From an uncultured Pseudomonadales bacterium (GTDB lineage Bacteria; Patescibacteriota; Microgenomatia; UBA1400; PJMF01): 64,000 nt of DNA. Of the stretch, positions 18,089 to 28,032 are shown piece after piece (the first letter of the stretch is position 1; the number at the start of each line of letters is the position of its first letter). Location of the stretch: the NCBI GenBank assembly GCA_964437755.1, contig CAYTIA010000002.1, positions 34,107-98,106 on the forward strand, read 5' to 3'. The position numbers and the translations under genes were made by a program. The notes beneath the pieces are model-generated. The model ran no database searches. It was not told the origin of the DNA and saw nothing but the letters and a program-made list of their open reading frames with translations.

Positions 18089-19390
18089 ATGTTGAAGATT
18101 AAAAAACAAACACTTAAGTCTGGTATGAGGGTGGTTTATGTACCAATGCCGGCGGTTAAATCTATAACAACCCTGTTGTTAGTCAACACTGGTTCAAGGT
18201 ATGAAGAGTCTACTGAACAAGGTTTGGCTCATTTGCTAGAACACCTGGTTTTTAGAGGAACTCAGAAATATCCAGATAGTTTGAGTTTATCAATTGCTCT
18301 AGATGGTATCGGGGCTAGTTCAAATGCATTTACGGCTAAAGAATACACTGGCTTTTATGTAACTGCTGCAAGCCTACATCTGGAGTTTTGTCTAAAAATG
18401 CTCAGAGAGTTGGTGTTTTTCCCTTTGATTAGGTCTGAAGATGTTGAGCAAGAAAGAGCAGTTGTGATTGAGGAAATCAAGATGCATAGAGATTCTCCAG
18501 AGGATTTTATTGCTGATGAATTTGAGCAGATGGTTTATCAGGGTAGTAGTCTTGAGCATCCCATTAGTGGTTCGATTGAGTCGGTAAGTCTTCAAACGGC
18601 AAGTAGTTTACAAAAATTTCTCAATAAATGGTATGGACTGGAGAATCTAACTTTAGTGATCGCTGGAGATAAAAAAGTGCTTGATGAAAACGATCTCTCA
18701 AGCAAAATAGACACTATTTTTAATGATAAAAATCTATTTGGAGAAGACGAAGGTAAAAAAATAGACAAAAGAGCTAATCATCATCATGAAAGAAGACTAG
18801 GGTTTTTTAAAGAAAACTGTTTTTCAACAAAAAAATCTATCAAAAGAAAACGGGATACAGAACAAGCTCATTTAATAATGGGCTGGCCAGCTTTAAAAAG
18901 AGATGATCCACAGCGATATGTATTGACAGTTTTAGCAACAGTTATGGGTGGAAATAGAAGCTCTAGATTGTTTCAAACCATTAGAGAAAAAGCAAATTTA
19001 GCATATTATGTTTTTGCTGATGTTGATCAGTATCAAGATGCGGGATTGTTGGGAGTGAGTGCTGGCTTAAACAGTAAAAAACTAGAGCAGGGAATTGAGT
19101 TAATTAAAAATGAGTTTGATCAGTTGGCAACAAACAAGAAGCCAATTAATCAAGAAGAGCTTGAAAGAGCACAAGCATATTTAACGGGAAGAATCACTCT
19201 GAGTTTAGAAAGTTCTAGGGCGGTGGCACAGCACTATGGGTTGAGTTGGTTGCTTTTAAATAGAATCGATGAGCCCCAAGATGTAATTAAGGGTATAAGA
19301 GGCGTTACTCTTGACCAGCTTCAGAGTCTAGCTCCAAAAATCATCAAACCAGATGAGTTAAGAATTGCTGTAGTAAGCAGAGGTAAGTAG
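18089..19390 (+). CDS. M16 (insulinase/pitrilysin-family) zinc peptidase
   Basis: Inverted zincin motif 'GLAHLLEH', 'NAFT', 'SSRLFQTIREKANLAY'. Confidence 0.95.
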   Translation: MLKIKKQTLKSGMRVVYVPMPAVKSITTLLLVNTGSRYEESTEQGLAHLLEHLVFRGTQKYPDSLSLSIALDGIGASSNAFTAKEYTGFYVTAASLHLEFCLKMLRELVFFPLIRSEDVEQERAVVIEEIKMHRDSPEDFIADEFEQMVYQGSSLEHPISGSIESVSLQTASSLQKFLNKWYGLENLTLVIAGDKKVLDENDLSSKIDTIFNDKNLFGEDEGKKIDKRANHHHERRLGFFKENCFSTKKSIKRKRDTEQAHLIMGWPALKRDDPQRYVLTVLATVMGGNRSSRLFQTIREKANLAYYVFADVDQYQDAGLLGVSAGLNSKKLEQGIELIKNEFDQLATNKKPINQEELERAQAYLTGRITLSLESSRAVAQHYGLSWLLLNRIDEPQDVIKGIRGVTLDQLQSLAPKIIKPDELRIAVVSRGK

Positions 19391-19488
19391 AGATATGTAG
19401 GCAATTCGAGCTTTGAGTTTCTTACAACTTGAGTTAGAATCTCCTCATAATTAGAAGAATTATTAATAACTAATTAAGTAAGGAATAT

Positions 19489-19959
19489 ATGAAACCCACT
19501 CGTACCGCAGTCTTAGTTAAACCAGATGGTTTACAAAGAGGATTAATTGGAGAGATTATCACCAGATTTGAAAAAAAAGGTCTAAAGCTAGTTGGCATGA
19601 AGATGACGATCATGAACGACGATATGTTAAATAGATGGTATGCCGAGCATCGAGAAAAAGATTTCTTTTCTGACTTAAAAGAGTTTATGGGTTCTCAACC
19701 AGTAGTAGCCATGGCTTGGGAGGGAATCGATGCTATACCGGTGGTAAGAAAGCTTGTTGGCACAACTTTGGGTAGAGAGGCTGAGGCTGGCTCAATTAGA
19801 GGTGATTTTGGAATGAGCAAGCAGTTTAATTTAATTCATGCTTCTTCTGAAGATGAGGCCGCCGAAAATGAGATAAGTATAGTTTTTGGAGATGATGAGC
19901 TATTTGATTATAGATGGCCAATGGGCGAGCTAGTATATGCAGAACACGAGAGAGATTAA
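19489..19959 (+). CDS. ndk: Nucleoside-diphosphate kinase
   Basis: 'VKPDGLQRGLIGEIITRFE', 'GSIRGDFG', 'NLIHAS' catalytic His. Confidence 0.98.
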   Translation: MKPTRTAVLVKPDGLQRGLIGEIITRFEKKGLKLVGMKMTIMNDDMLNRWYAEHREKDFFSDLKEFMGSQPVVAMAWEGIDAIPVVRKLVGTTLGREAEAGSIRGDFGMSKQFNLIHASSEDEAAENEISIVFGDDELFDYRWPMGELVYAEHERD

Positions 19960-19999
19960 CTGGCTAACTTGTGATAGCTATTGTCATTAAATAATTATG

Positions 20000-20071
20000 T
20001 GCCCCCACCAGGAATCGAACCTGGATCGAAGGTTTAGGAAACCTTTGTTCTATCCGTTGAACTATGGAGGC
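20000..20071 (-). tRNA. tRNA-Arg (anticodon CCT)
   Basis: Minus strand folds as a cloverleaf: GCCTCCA..GTTC/GAAC D-stem, AAGGT-TTCCTAA-ACCTT, TTCGATT T-loop; CCA not encoded. Confidence 0.95.
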
Positions 20072-20123
20072 TATCTTGGTATCTTGATTTTATCATTTTT
20101 ATATTAGACTTGTAGCGAAATAT

Positions 20124-21839
20124 TTATTTAATCGCTGTTTTAATCTCAAGTTCTAACTGTTTGGCTATTTCTTCAGGTAAACCTCTTTCTTTCATCATTT
20201 GAACTTGGCCCAATGCTAATTCAGGTTCTTTAGTTTCTAGAAACACTTTAATTAAACCCAAATGGGATTGAATCAGGCTCGGATCTAACTCTAGAGCTTG
20301 TTTATAAGATGCTTTTGCCTTATCCCATTCTTTTAGATAAGCGTAGGTGTTGGCTAAGTTGTTGTGAATTTCTGGATAACTATTATCAAGTTCAATTGCT
20401 TTTTGATACTCTGCTAAAGCAAGTTGTTCTTGACCTCGATCTGCATAGGTCATGGCTAAGTTGTTATATACTCTTGCGGTTTGATTGAACTGCAAGGTAT
20501 AACGATAAAAGCGAACTGGATCTGCCCAAAGATAATTTTGTCTCCAACTTAAAATAATAAACACGAGCAACACAGCACTTATTGGGTATTTAAAACCGAG
20601 TTGAGATAGTTTAGGAAATGATTTTGTAATTAGCCGAACTAAACCATACACAGTTATCCAGAATCCAACTGAGGGCAAATATAGCCAGTGTTCATAGAGA
20701 ATATCATTAATGGGTATGATTCCAGAGACTGGTATCAGCATTGCTATAAACCAGCCAGAGCCTAACCAAATAAGGGACTGGTGGTATTGCTGGTACTCTT
20801 TCCACCCCAAAAAGATTATGACTATTCCAAGCACAAATATCCCTAAAGTCCAAACAGAAAAAGGAGTAAGAACTAACTGAGTGGTTCTTTCCATATGAAG
20901 TTGAAGGGGAGCAATTAACAGCCTTAGATAAATAAAAATCACTTTAAAAAATGTGGCAAGACGGACTATTAACGAATCTCCATAAGGATGTCCGGGTGGA
21001 TAGGGATTAATTGTTTCCTGGAACTTTAAGGGTCCTGACCTAATCCATAAGTAGCTAATAGCTACAAGAACAGTTAATGCTAGGGTAACAATAGAGCTTG
21101 CATGTTTTCTCACCAATGAAAAGGTATTTATTGTTAGTTGGGGGCGCAAATCCTTATTATTGTGATGTCTCAGCCACCAAAAAATTACTGATATAAAATA
21201 CAGTCCCATTATTGCCAAGCCAATCTCTTTACTTAAGATTGAAAGAAGGTAAAAACCTGTTGCCCCAAAAATCAAGCTATGGGAGCTAAGTTGCATCTTA
21301 AAAGATCCAATTTGAATATCAAGCTCTTTTATTTTTTGTTGCTGAGTCTTAAGTAACTTCAGTAAGCACCACAAGCCCATTAAACCAAATAAAGTAAAAA
21401 GAGAGTCTCCTCTGGAGTTAGCATAGGAAACAGTTTCAGTTTGAATTGGATGAATAACAAACAGCAAAGCGATTAGTAGAGCTGGTTTCTGTTTTATTTT
21501 AAATTGTTTGAGAACCAGAAAAAGAATCATGCCTGCGCCAGCATGAAGTAATAGATTGGTGAGGTGATAGCCAATGGGATTTAAATCCCAAACCTGATAA
21601 TCAATGGCAAACGACAAAGAGGTGAGGGGTCGATAGTAGCTTGATGAGTCACCTGCACCTGACGTTGTGCTTTGGCTAAAGATCTCTTTTAGAGCAAACT
21701 GGCGCACATATTGGTTGCTGTAAATAAATTGTTCATCATCCCAGAAGAGAGGGCTGTTAACAAAAGGAAGGTAAATAAGAATCGCGGCAAAAAAAATGAG
21801 TAGTAAGGCTTTTTTATTTGAGAAGGGGTGGCTTTGCAT
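20124..21839 (-). CDS. TMTC-like GT-C membrane glycosyltransferase with C-terminal TPRs
   Basis: 'FWDD', 'YYRPL', 'GYHLTNLLLH', 'FVIHPIQTETV', 'SKE', 'EHWLYLPS'; C-terminal TPR repeats. Confidence 0.85.
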   Translation of the reverse strand: MQSHPFSNKKALLLIFFAAILIYLPFVNSPLFWDDEQFIYSNQYVRQFALKEIFSQSTTSGAGDSSSYYRPLTSLSFAIDYQVWDLNPIGYHLTNLLLHAGAGMILFLVLKQFKIKQKPALLIALLFVIHPIQTETVSYANSRGDSLFTLFGLMGLWCLLKLLKTQQQKIKELDIQIGSFKMQLSSHSLIFGATGFYLLSILSKEIGLAIMGLYFISVIFWWLRHHNNKDLRPQLTINTFSLVRKHASSIVTLALTVLVAISYLWIRSGPLKFQETINPYPPGHPYGDSLIVRLATFFKVIFIYLRLLIAPLQLHMERTTQLVLTPFSVWTLGIFVLGIVIIFLGWKEYQQYHQSLIWLGSGWFIAMLIPVSGIIPINDILYEHWLYLPSVGFWITVYGLVRLITKSFPKLSQLGFKYPISAVLLVFIILSWRQNYLWADPVRFYRYTLQFNQTARVYNNLAMTYADRGQEQLALAEYQKAIELDNSYPEIHNNLANTYAYLKEWDKAKASYKQALELDPSLIQSHLGLIKVFLETKEPELALGQVQMMKERGLPEEIAKQLELEIKTAIK

Positions 21840-22011
21840 TTGATTCTAATTATAATTATACCCCGCTAGCTTGTTGGGGGGAACTAATCAGAACTGGAGA
21901 GTTATTGCTTGTTATTGAGAAATATTTTATGATTAAAAATACTACAACAATTAGTTCTTTTGACTTTGCCAAATATGGCAAAATTTAAGAGAGTAAGAGG
22001 AATCCATTATT

Positions 22012-22782
22012 ATGAGTCAATCTGAACATCTTTCACAAGAACTTGAAAAAACTTTGGCTAGGGAAAATCTAAAAAAAGCTTTAGAAACACTGTCCCCAGA
22101 GTTAGTAAGCATGGGAGTGTATAGGGTAACTGGTGAGGCCGCTGCTTTTGCAAAAGATCTTGTAAAAGAAGGATTTTTAGAAATTAATCTTGACCCCGAA
22201 ATCAATGACATAGCCTTGATTAAATTGATTTTCTCATATCAAGGCAAAGCGGATAGAGAAATATTTATTAATGGTTGGAAGGACGACAATGGAAGTCATC
22301 TTTCTGGGCCAGCAACAATAGAAATCTTTGTTAGCAGAATAAGGAGGGAGTTAGGAATGGATGCTTCTGAAGACGAAGGTGGTGACGATACTGCAATGGA
22401 TGAACTTCAGGCCTTGGCCGATTCTTTTCGAGAAGAGGATGACGTTCTTCCTCCAGAGTACATCGAAGAAGTAAAAGTTTTTTTAAGAGATGCTGCAGAG
22501 AAATTTAGAGGAACTAGAATGGATGATCAAAGAATCAGTAGGGTGTTAGAAATGATGTCGCAAAAATACCCACTTAAGGGAGCAAAAATTGTACGTCACG
22601 AGGTTAAGATTGCTTATTCTCATCCTGAAAAGATGGTGACGGGGACGTATGAATTTGGAGATCACAAGAATGGAGATAGTTATCAAGTTTGGCTTGAGCG
22701 AGAAGATTACAGTTGGGTTATAGCTTATGCAAAAACCACTCCTCCCTCGGATCATTACGTGGAGGGTACTCAAAGGTCTTAA
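22012..22782 (+). CDS. Hypothetical protein with possible OmpR/PhoB-type winged-helix segment
   Basis: 'LIKLIFSYQGKADREIFINGW...TIEIFVSRIRRELG' resembles the Trans_reg_C pattern. Confidence 0.5.
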   Translation: MSQSEHLSQELEKTLARENLKKALETLSPELVSMGVYRVTGEAAAFAKDLVKEGFLEINLDPEINDIALIKLIFSYQGKADREIFINGWKDDNGSHLSGPATIEIFVSRIRRELGMDASEDEGGDDTAMDELQALADSFREEDDVLPPEYIEEVKVFLRDAAEKFRGTRMDDQRISRVLEMMSQKYPLKGAKIVRHEVKIAYSHPEKMVTGTYEFGDHKNGDSYQVWLEREDYSWVIAYAKTTPPSDHYVEGTQRS

Positions 22783-22795
22783 TAAAACCCACTTG

Positions 22796-22869
22796 TCGGA
22801 GTGACTGGACTCGAACCAGCGACCTCGCGCACCCGAAGCGCGCGCTCTAGCCATCTGAGCTACACTCCG
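22796..22869 (-). tRNA. tRNA-Pro (anticodon CGG)
   Basis: CGGAGTG acceptor; CGCGC-TTCGGGT-GCGCG anticodon arm; TTCGAGT T-loop. Confidence 0.96.
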
Positions 22870-22908
22870 AAATCTGTGATAATCTTCAAATACAAACTCT
22901 TTACAATC

Positions 22909-24252
22909 TTACTTTAACTCAATTGAGTAAAGATTTTTTGGTGTGTCCGGACTAAAAGAAGTCAAAATAACTAACCTAGTACCATCAGACCAAGGATAAA
23001 CAAAACTTCTATCAAAAGGTCCTGAGTATAGGGTAGTGTTGTTGGTTCCATCATAAGAGATAATTTGAACTTGATCATCTTTAACATATAGTAAATAGTT
23101 TGAGTCTGAGAACCACTGCAAGGTGTTGATGGCAAGCGAGGTGTGATAGGTATTAAAAAGCAAGGCAGTTAAAGCCGAATTTTCTGCTTGCAATCTTGAA
23201 AATGAATCAGGCGATGTAAGCAGTGTTTGAGGGCTCTTTTGATCTAGGTCATTGGCAAGCAGAGCCTTTTTTATAGTTTGCGAATCATTAATTTCTTGTG
23301 CTATTTTAAAGTTTTTGTCTTCCTCTCTGTCGTATACATAAATATTACCTGGCTTTATGGATCTTTCCTCAGGCTGAGTGTTAGTTGATGGAAGAGGAGG
23401 CACAAGTTCGGTTTTTAGAATTGCACTTGCGGTGGCTGTATAAAGTAACTTTTTTTTATCAGGTGAGATATAGGCATTTTTTGCTGATTGACTGACTATC
23501 TCAATTACTTCAATTGGGAACTCGGCCAAATATTGTCTTTCTCTAAGATATATTTCCTCCTCCCACTCAGACAAAATTTGTGATCGGCGGAAGCTAATGT
23601 CTGGCAAACTCTGTAAGTTATTATTTTGGTTAGTGTCGACAATAACCTGTTTCAGTTTTGAGAGAATCATTAGTTGAGAACTATCTGGAGACCAAATAAA
23701 ACTTGCGTTTCCCAGTTCATAAATTGGTACATCAGCTGCTATTTGGCGCGATGTCTTTTGGAAAGGATTAATGTTGTCATTTAAATCAAGAATATAAAGA
23801 CCATTTCTTGTTTCGGCACTGGCGCTGGCTGTGTAATAAACAATTTTACGACCATCAGGTGAAGGCAATAAATTTTCAACTCCTGTAAAAGTTAGGGGAG
23901 TAAGCGAGGGAGCGATTGGAAACAATCGCGCATCTGTCTGGGTTACCAGTCCTTTTTCAAGAATAATAGTTTTTTCCCATGGGGAATAACCATCTTTTCT
24001 TAATAGTACTTGATATTCTCCCGGCTCTAGATAGACTGTGTCGTTGGTGGCTGTTATCAACTCGTCATCAATATAAACTTGAGCCCCTGTTGGAAATGAG
24101 TTGGCGCTCAACAAACCTGATTCAGGTAAAATCTTTTCTCCAGAAAAACGGTAACTTCCTCTGGCATACATGATAGCTAAATACGATCCGCCCAAAATAA
24201 TAAGAGCCGAAAGAAAAGTATAAAGAACTCTAAAAAATGACATTTTATTCAT
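22909..24252 (-). CDS. PEGA-domain membrane-anchored protein with TolB-like beta-propeller
   Basis: TM; 'GLLSANSFPTGAQVYID...LEPGEYQVLLRKDGYSPW'; 'SPDGRKI', 'WSPDS', 'SPDKKK' repeats. Confidence 0.85.
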   Translation of the reverse strand: MNKMSFFRVLYTFLSALIILGGSYLAIMYARGSYRFSGEKILPESGLLSANSFPTGAQVYIDDELITATNDTVYLEPGEYQVLLRKDGYSPWEKTIILEKGLVTQTDARLFPIAPSLTPLTFTGVENLLPSPDGRKIVYYTASASAETRNGLYILDLNDNINPFQKTSRQIAADVPIYELGNASFIWSPDSSQLMILSKLKQVIVDTNQNNNLQSLPDISFRRSQILSEWEEEIYLRERQYLAEFPIEVIEIVSQSAKNAYISPDKKKLLYTATASAILKTELVPPLPSTNTQPEERSIKPGNIYVYDREEDKNFKIAQEINDSQTIKKALLANDLDQKSPQTLLTSPDSFSRLQAENSALTALLFNTYHTSLAINTLQWFSDSNYLLYVKDDQVQIISYDGTNNTTLYSGPFDRSFVYPWSDGTRLVILTSFSPDTPKNLYSIELK

Positions 24253-24349
24253 AATGAATCAAATCGGTATATGTGTTTACTGAGCTATTATATACTAGCG
24301 ATTTCATCGGCGGGCTGGAAAAATGAACCTGTTATAGACAGGAAGAGAT

Positions 24350-25525
24350 CTACTGAGTGTCAAAGGTTTGCACATCTACCATTTTATATACTGATGTTGA
24401 TACCTCTTTTATTAAGGAAGCTTGTTTAAGTAAATCTTCTCCAGAAGTCATTACACATAAAATATATGGATTTTTTTGATGATAAATGATTCCACAGTCA
24501 TGTAATTCTTTAAAGAGTGGTTGATTAGATCTATCCACGAATGTCCTCTCACCAAATTTATGAGCTACTTCAACATTTTCAGGGATGCCAGCCTTGAGTC
24601 CCTGATCAAATTTTGTTTTACTCAATAGCTTGAGAGCTTTTTCTGACATTTCATTATTTAGATACGAAGCGTTATAAAGTCTGCGAAAAACACTTGAGTA
24701 ATCTTTTACTTTAATAGTAAAATCAATGTCAGCCTGCTCATCATCTATTAAGCCCATTTTTATTTCGGTTGATTTGATTGCATCCTCACCAATGAATTCT
24801 GCCAATGTTTCTAAGACGGTGTTGTCAGAGTCAACGATAAGTTGTTCAAGCATCTTTTCTACTTCATATTCTTGTCCCTCTATTATTTTTTCAGCAGAAT
24901 TAAACTTTTGGGAGATTACACCTTCATCAAGATTAAGAGATATTTTTTTTGAAAGAATGTTGGGTTCCGCTTCAGCTTTTTTTAAGTACGCAATTAAAAT
25001 TGGAACTTTAAGCAAACTTGCGGGATCATAATTAACATCATCATTTATTGAGAACCACGGCCCGTTGTTTAAATCTCTGTAGTAGATTGAGACATCTTTT
25101 ACATAACCTTGTTGCTGATAATTTTCTATTAGGGTGTTTAGAGTCTTAATAGAGGTTTTTGTTTGGATTGAGCCTGACTGAGAAAATGACTCACACTCTA
25201 GCAAAGGACTTATATATTGGTATCCTTGCTCTCTTAACTCTTTGTGATCTGGAGAACCACTTCTTCTGTCATAAGTAATCCAAAAAATTGAAGAAATTAT
25301 TATTCCAATAATGACTCCAGTGGTTAAAAATAATAATGTTTTAGGAATAGTATTAACAGGTAGTTGATTTATTAGAATGCGATTACGGTCTATCAGTTTA
25401 ATTTGATTGAAGTTAATAAGTGACTGCCATTGACTTATCGAGTTGTTATAATAAAGTATTGTGGCATGTATTAAATGATTGTCAATCAGTCTTGGAGTTT
25501 GTATGAACTTTTTTTCAAAAATCAC
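24350..25525 (-). CDS. Class A beta-lactamase-like serine hydrolase, membrane-anchored; start uncertain
   Basis: SxxK 'ASLLK', 'SDN', 'AHKFG', 'HDCGII'. Confidence 0.85.
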   Translation of the reverse strand: MIFEKKFIQTPRLIDNHLIHATILYYNNSISQWQSLINFNQIKLIDRNRILINQLPVNTIPKTLLFLTTGVIIGIIISSIFWITYDRRSGSPDHKELREQGYQYISPLLECESFSQSGSIQTKTSIKTLNTLIENYQQQGYVKDVSIYYRDLNNGPWFSINDDVNYDPASLLKVPILIAYLKKAEAEPNILSKKISLNLDEGVISQKFNSAEKIIEGQEYEVEKMLEQLIVDSDNTVLETLAEFIGEDAIKSTEIKMGLIDDEQADIDFTIKVKDYSSVFRRLYNASYLNNEMSEKALKLLSKTKFDQGLKAGIPENVEVAHKFGERTFVDRSNQPLFKELHDCGIIYHQKNPYILCVMTSGEDLLKQASLIKEVSTSVYKMVDVQTFDTQ

Positions 25526-26546
25526 TCAATCTCTTAATCGTTCAGTTGGAATAGATCTTGGTTCAGGAAACTTACGAATTTGGGCTGAAGGTAGGGGCTT
25601 ATTACTTGATGAACCAAGCTTGGTCGCGGTTGATCAAGCAAACAATAAGGTAGTGGCTGTTGGCAAACGGGCTGACAACATGTTGGGTAGGGTTGATAAA
25701 TCAATCAAGATCTATTCTCCAGCGCTAACTCCCAAGTTTTCCGATGAAAAATTATTAAGAGCAATGTTAAAAATGTTTTTGGCCAAGGTTAGTGACCAAG
25801 TATATTTTTTCAGTCCAACGGTTGTTGTTGCTCTCTCTGACAGTTTTTATCCTTCGATGAAAGAAGTATTATTAAGAGTACTAACTGAGATTGGGGCTGG
25901 AGAAGTGATAATGATTGATCAATCTTTGGCTGCCGTACTCGGTTCAGGAGCACCTCTGTCGGATGCTTTAGGGATATTTGTTTTACAAATGGGGGAGGGT
26001 GTGGTTGAGGCCTCGGCTTTATCACTGGGTAAAGTGGTTGCAACTCAGCAGAGTTATAAAGCCGGAAATAGGTTGATTGATGAACTTATTTATTGGTTTG
26101 CAACTAATCAAAAATTAACAATTAGTCAAACAATAGCAAGGCAGTTTTTAATGACTGTTGGTTCTTTTGCCCCAGACACTAAGCGTTCAATGAATGTGAC
26201 AGGATTGGATGTTAAAACTGGAGAACCATTAGAAAAAATTGTTTTTTCTCATGAATTAGTAGATTTTTTTAATGAATATGGTTTGGAGTATGTAAACTTG
26301 GTAAAAAAGTTATTATCAAATATTTCTCCAGACTTGACAATTGATATTCTTGATAAGGGATTATTATTATCTGGCGGATTGGCCAACATTCACGGTATAG
26401 AAGAATATTTAACAAAAGAGTTGAGAGTGCCAACTTTTGTAGTTGATGATCCCAACTTAGCTGTGATTAAGGGTGTTGGAGAGATCATTGACCATCTTGA
26501 TGAGTTCAAACAGGGCTATGGATATCGGCCAATTGACAGTGATTAA
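25503..26546 (+). CDS. mreB: MreB/Mbl-like actin homolog, divergent
   Basis: 'GIDLGSGN', 'EPSLVAV', 'DILDKGLLLSGGLA', 'VVDDPNLAVIKG'; ATG 25503. Confidence 0.8.
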   Translation: MNFFSKITQSLNRSVGIDLGSGNLRIWAEGRGLLLDEPSLVAVDQANNKVVAVGKRADNMLGRVDKSIKIYSPALTPKFSDEKLLRAMLKMFLAKVSDQVYFFSPTVVVALSDSFYPSMKEVLLRVLTEIGAGEVIMIDQSLAAVLGSGAPLSDALGIFVLQMGEGVVEASALSLGKVVATQQSYKAGNRLIDELIYWFATNQKLTISQTIARQFLMTVGSFAPDTKRSMNVTGLDVKTGEPLEKIVFSHELVDFFNEYGLEYVNLVKKLLSNISPDLTIDILDKGLLLSGGLANIHGIEEYLTKELRVPTFVVDDPNLAVIKGVGEIIDHLDEFKQGYGYRPIDSD

Positions 26547-28018
26547 GATGATTGGCCCTCTGTTTTGTTTTTTTCAACCCATTTCTTAAACTGATTTCCT
26601 CTATCAGCATAGTCCTTGAAAACTCCGAAGCTAGCAGCCCCCGGAGAGAGTAAGACAACCGAGTTTTTTTTGATATATTTTTTGGAAAAATTCATGGCTT
26701 CTTCCATTGAGTTGACAACTTTTGTTTCAATCTTTTTATTAAGGTGTTGGTTGAGGAGTTCATTTTGAATCTTCTCCTCCAGTCTTTTTCCGTTTTCTGG
26801 GAATAGGCCAACAGCAACAACATTGCAATGAATGATTTTTTCAGCAAGTGCTTGAAAATTTTGGTTACGTTCATGTCCTCCAGCTAAAAGAATGATCTCT
26901 TTCTTATCGAAGCAGGAAAGTGCCGAGATTGTGGCATCTGGCATGGTTGCCATCGAGTCATTTACATACACAACATCATTTATTATCCCAACCCTCTCCA
27001 ATCTGTGAGGCAGGGGAGTAAAGGAACCGATTGCATCTGAAATTTGTGAGATCGAAAGTCCAAATAATCTGCCAATAATAATGGTTGGAGCAATGTTTTG
27101 AAGATTGTGGGTACCTAGGAGTGGAATACTATCTTGATGAATAACTTGTTTTTCAAGCTCATTATGCTTAAAGGTTAAGTAATATGATTTAAGATAAACT
27201 TCTATATCAATATTGTTATTATTTTGTGTTTCTCCAACAATAAATTTTTGCTTAATACCTGGCGAAAGATTGGCAATTTTTGTTGTATTTCTTTTATTTG
27301 GATTAAATAATACATACTGATTAACCTTTTGATACTTTGTGATAGCTTCTTTTGCGTGAACATACTCATCAGTATTTTTGTAGTAATCAAGGTGTTCCGA
27401 AGTTATTTCTTGAACAACCGCTATATCGGGACTAATAGTTAAATGTGAAAGTTGATGAGATGACATCTCAATTACAAATACACCATTGTTTTTAATGTGA
27501 TTTATCTCTTCCAAAGCTGGTTTGCCAATATTCCCCACCAAAACAGACTTGATTTTGTTTGAGCTTAGAGTGTGATTGATGAGACTGGCAGTGGTGCTTT
27601 TCCCTTTGGTGCCTGTTACTCCTATGGTTAAAGGAGTGGGTAAATTTAGCATCTTTGTTTTTGATTTTTGCTTTTCTGTTTCAATAATTTCAAGCAGAAG
27701 CTGTAGATTTGAACTTATCTTGACACCAGCATCAATAGCATTTTTTATTTGGGGAGTGGATAAAGGTATCCCAGGTGTTTTGAAGATAAGTGTGTAAGAA
27801 TTAAGATTTTCAAGGTAGTTTAATCCAAGGTGAGTTATGAGATTGTTATCTGATGAAAATAAATCTGGTAATTCAGGATTTTCGTCAGCAACAGCAATAG
27901 TATTTGAGGGTAGAACTTGACGCAAAAATTTATAGGTTGATTGACCCTCTCTTCCTAAGCCTAAGATAAGTATTTTTTCTTTAACAAGTGAGTTAATTAT
28001 TTCTTGGTTTATCTTCAT
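26543..28018 (-). CDS. murD: MurD ligase (probably the MurD2 L-Glu-adding type, given adjacent murL)
   Basis: 'LGLGREG', 'TPGIP', 'GVTGTKGKSTT', 'EMSSHQL', 'EHLDYY', 'PHRLE', 'NDS', 'LLSPGAASF'. Confidence 0.93.
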   Translation of the reverse strand: MKINQEIINSLVKEKILILGLGREGQSTYKFLRQVLPSNTIAVADENPELPDLFSSDNNLITHLGLNYLENLNSYTLIFKTPGIPLSTPQIKNAIDAGVKISSNLQLLLEIIETEKQKSKTKMLNLPTPLTIGVTGTKGKSTTASLINHTLSSNKIKSVLVGNIGKPALEEINHIKNNGVFVIEMSSHQLSHLTISPDIAVVQEITSEHLDYYKNTDEYVHAKEAITKYQKVNQYVLFNPNKRNTTKIANLSPGIKQKFIVGETQNNNNIDIEVYLKSYYLTFKHNELEKQVIHQDSIPLLGTHNLQNIAPTIIIGRLFGLSISQISDAIGSFTPLPHRLERVGIINDVVYVNDSMATMPDATISALSCFDKKEIILLAGGHERNQNFQALAEKIIHCNVVAVGLFPENGKRLEEKIQNELLNQHLNKKIETKVVNSMEEAMNFSKKYIKKNSVVLLSPGAASFGVFKDYADRGNQFKKWVEKNKTEGQSS

Positions 28019-28032
28019 ATTTTTTTAATGCT

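Noticed and set aside
22546-22854. 102-aa minus-strand ORF
   Set aside because: Starts inside tRNA-Pro and is antisense to a longer gene; shadow ORF
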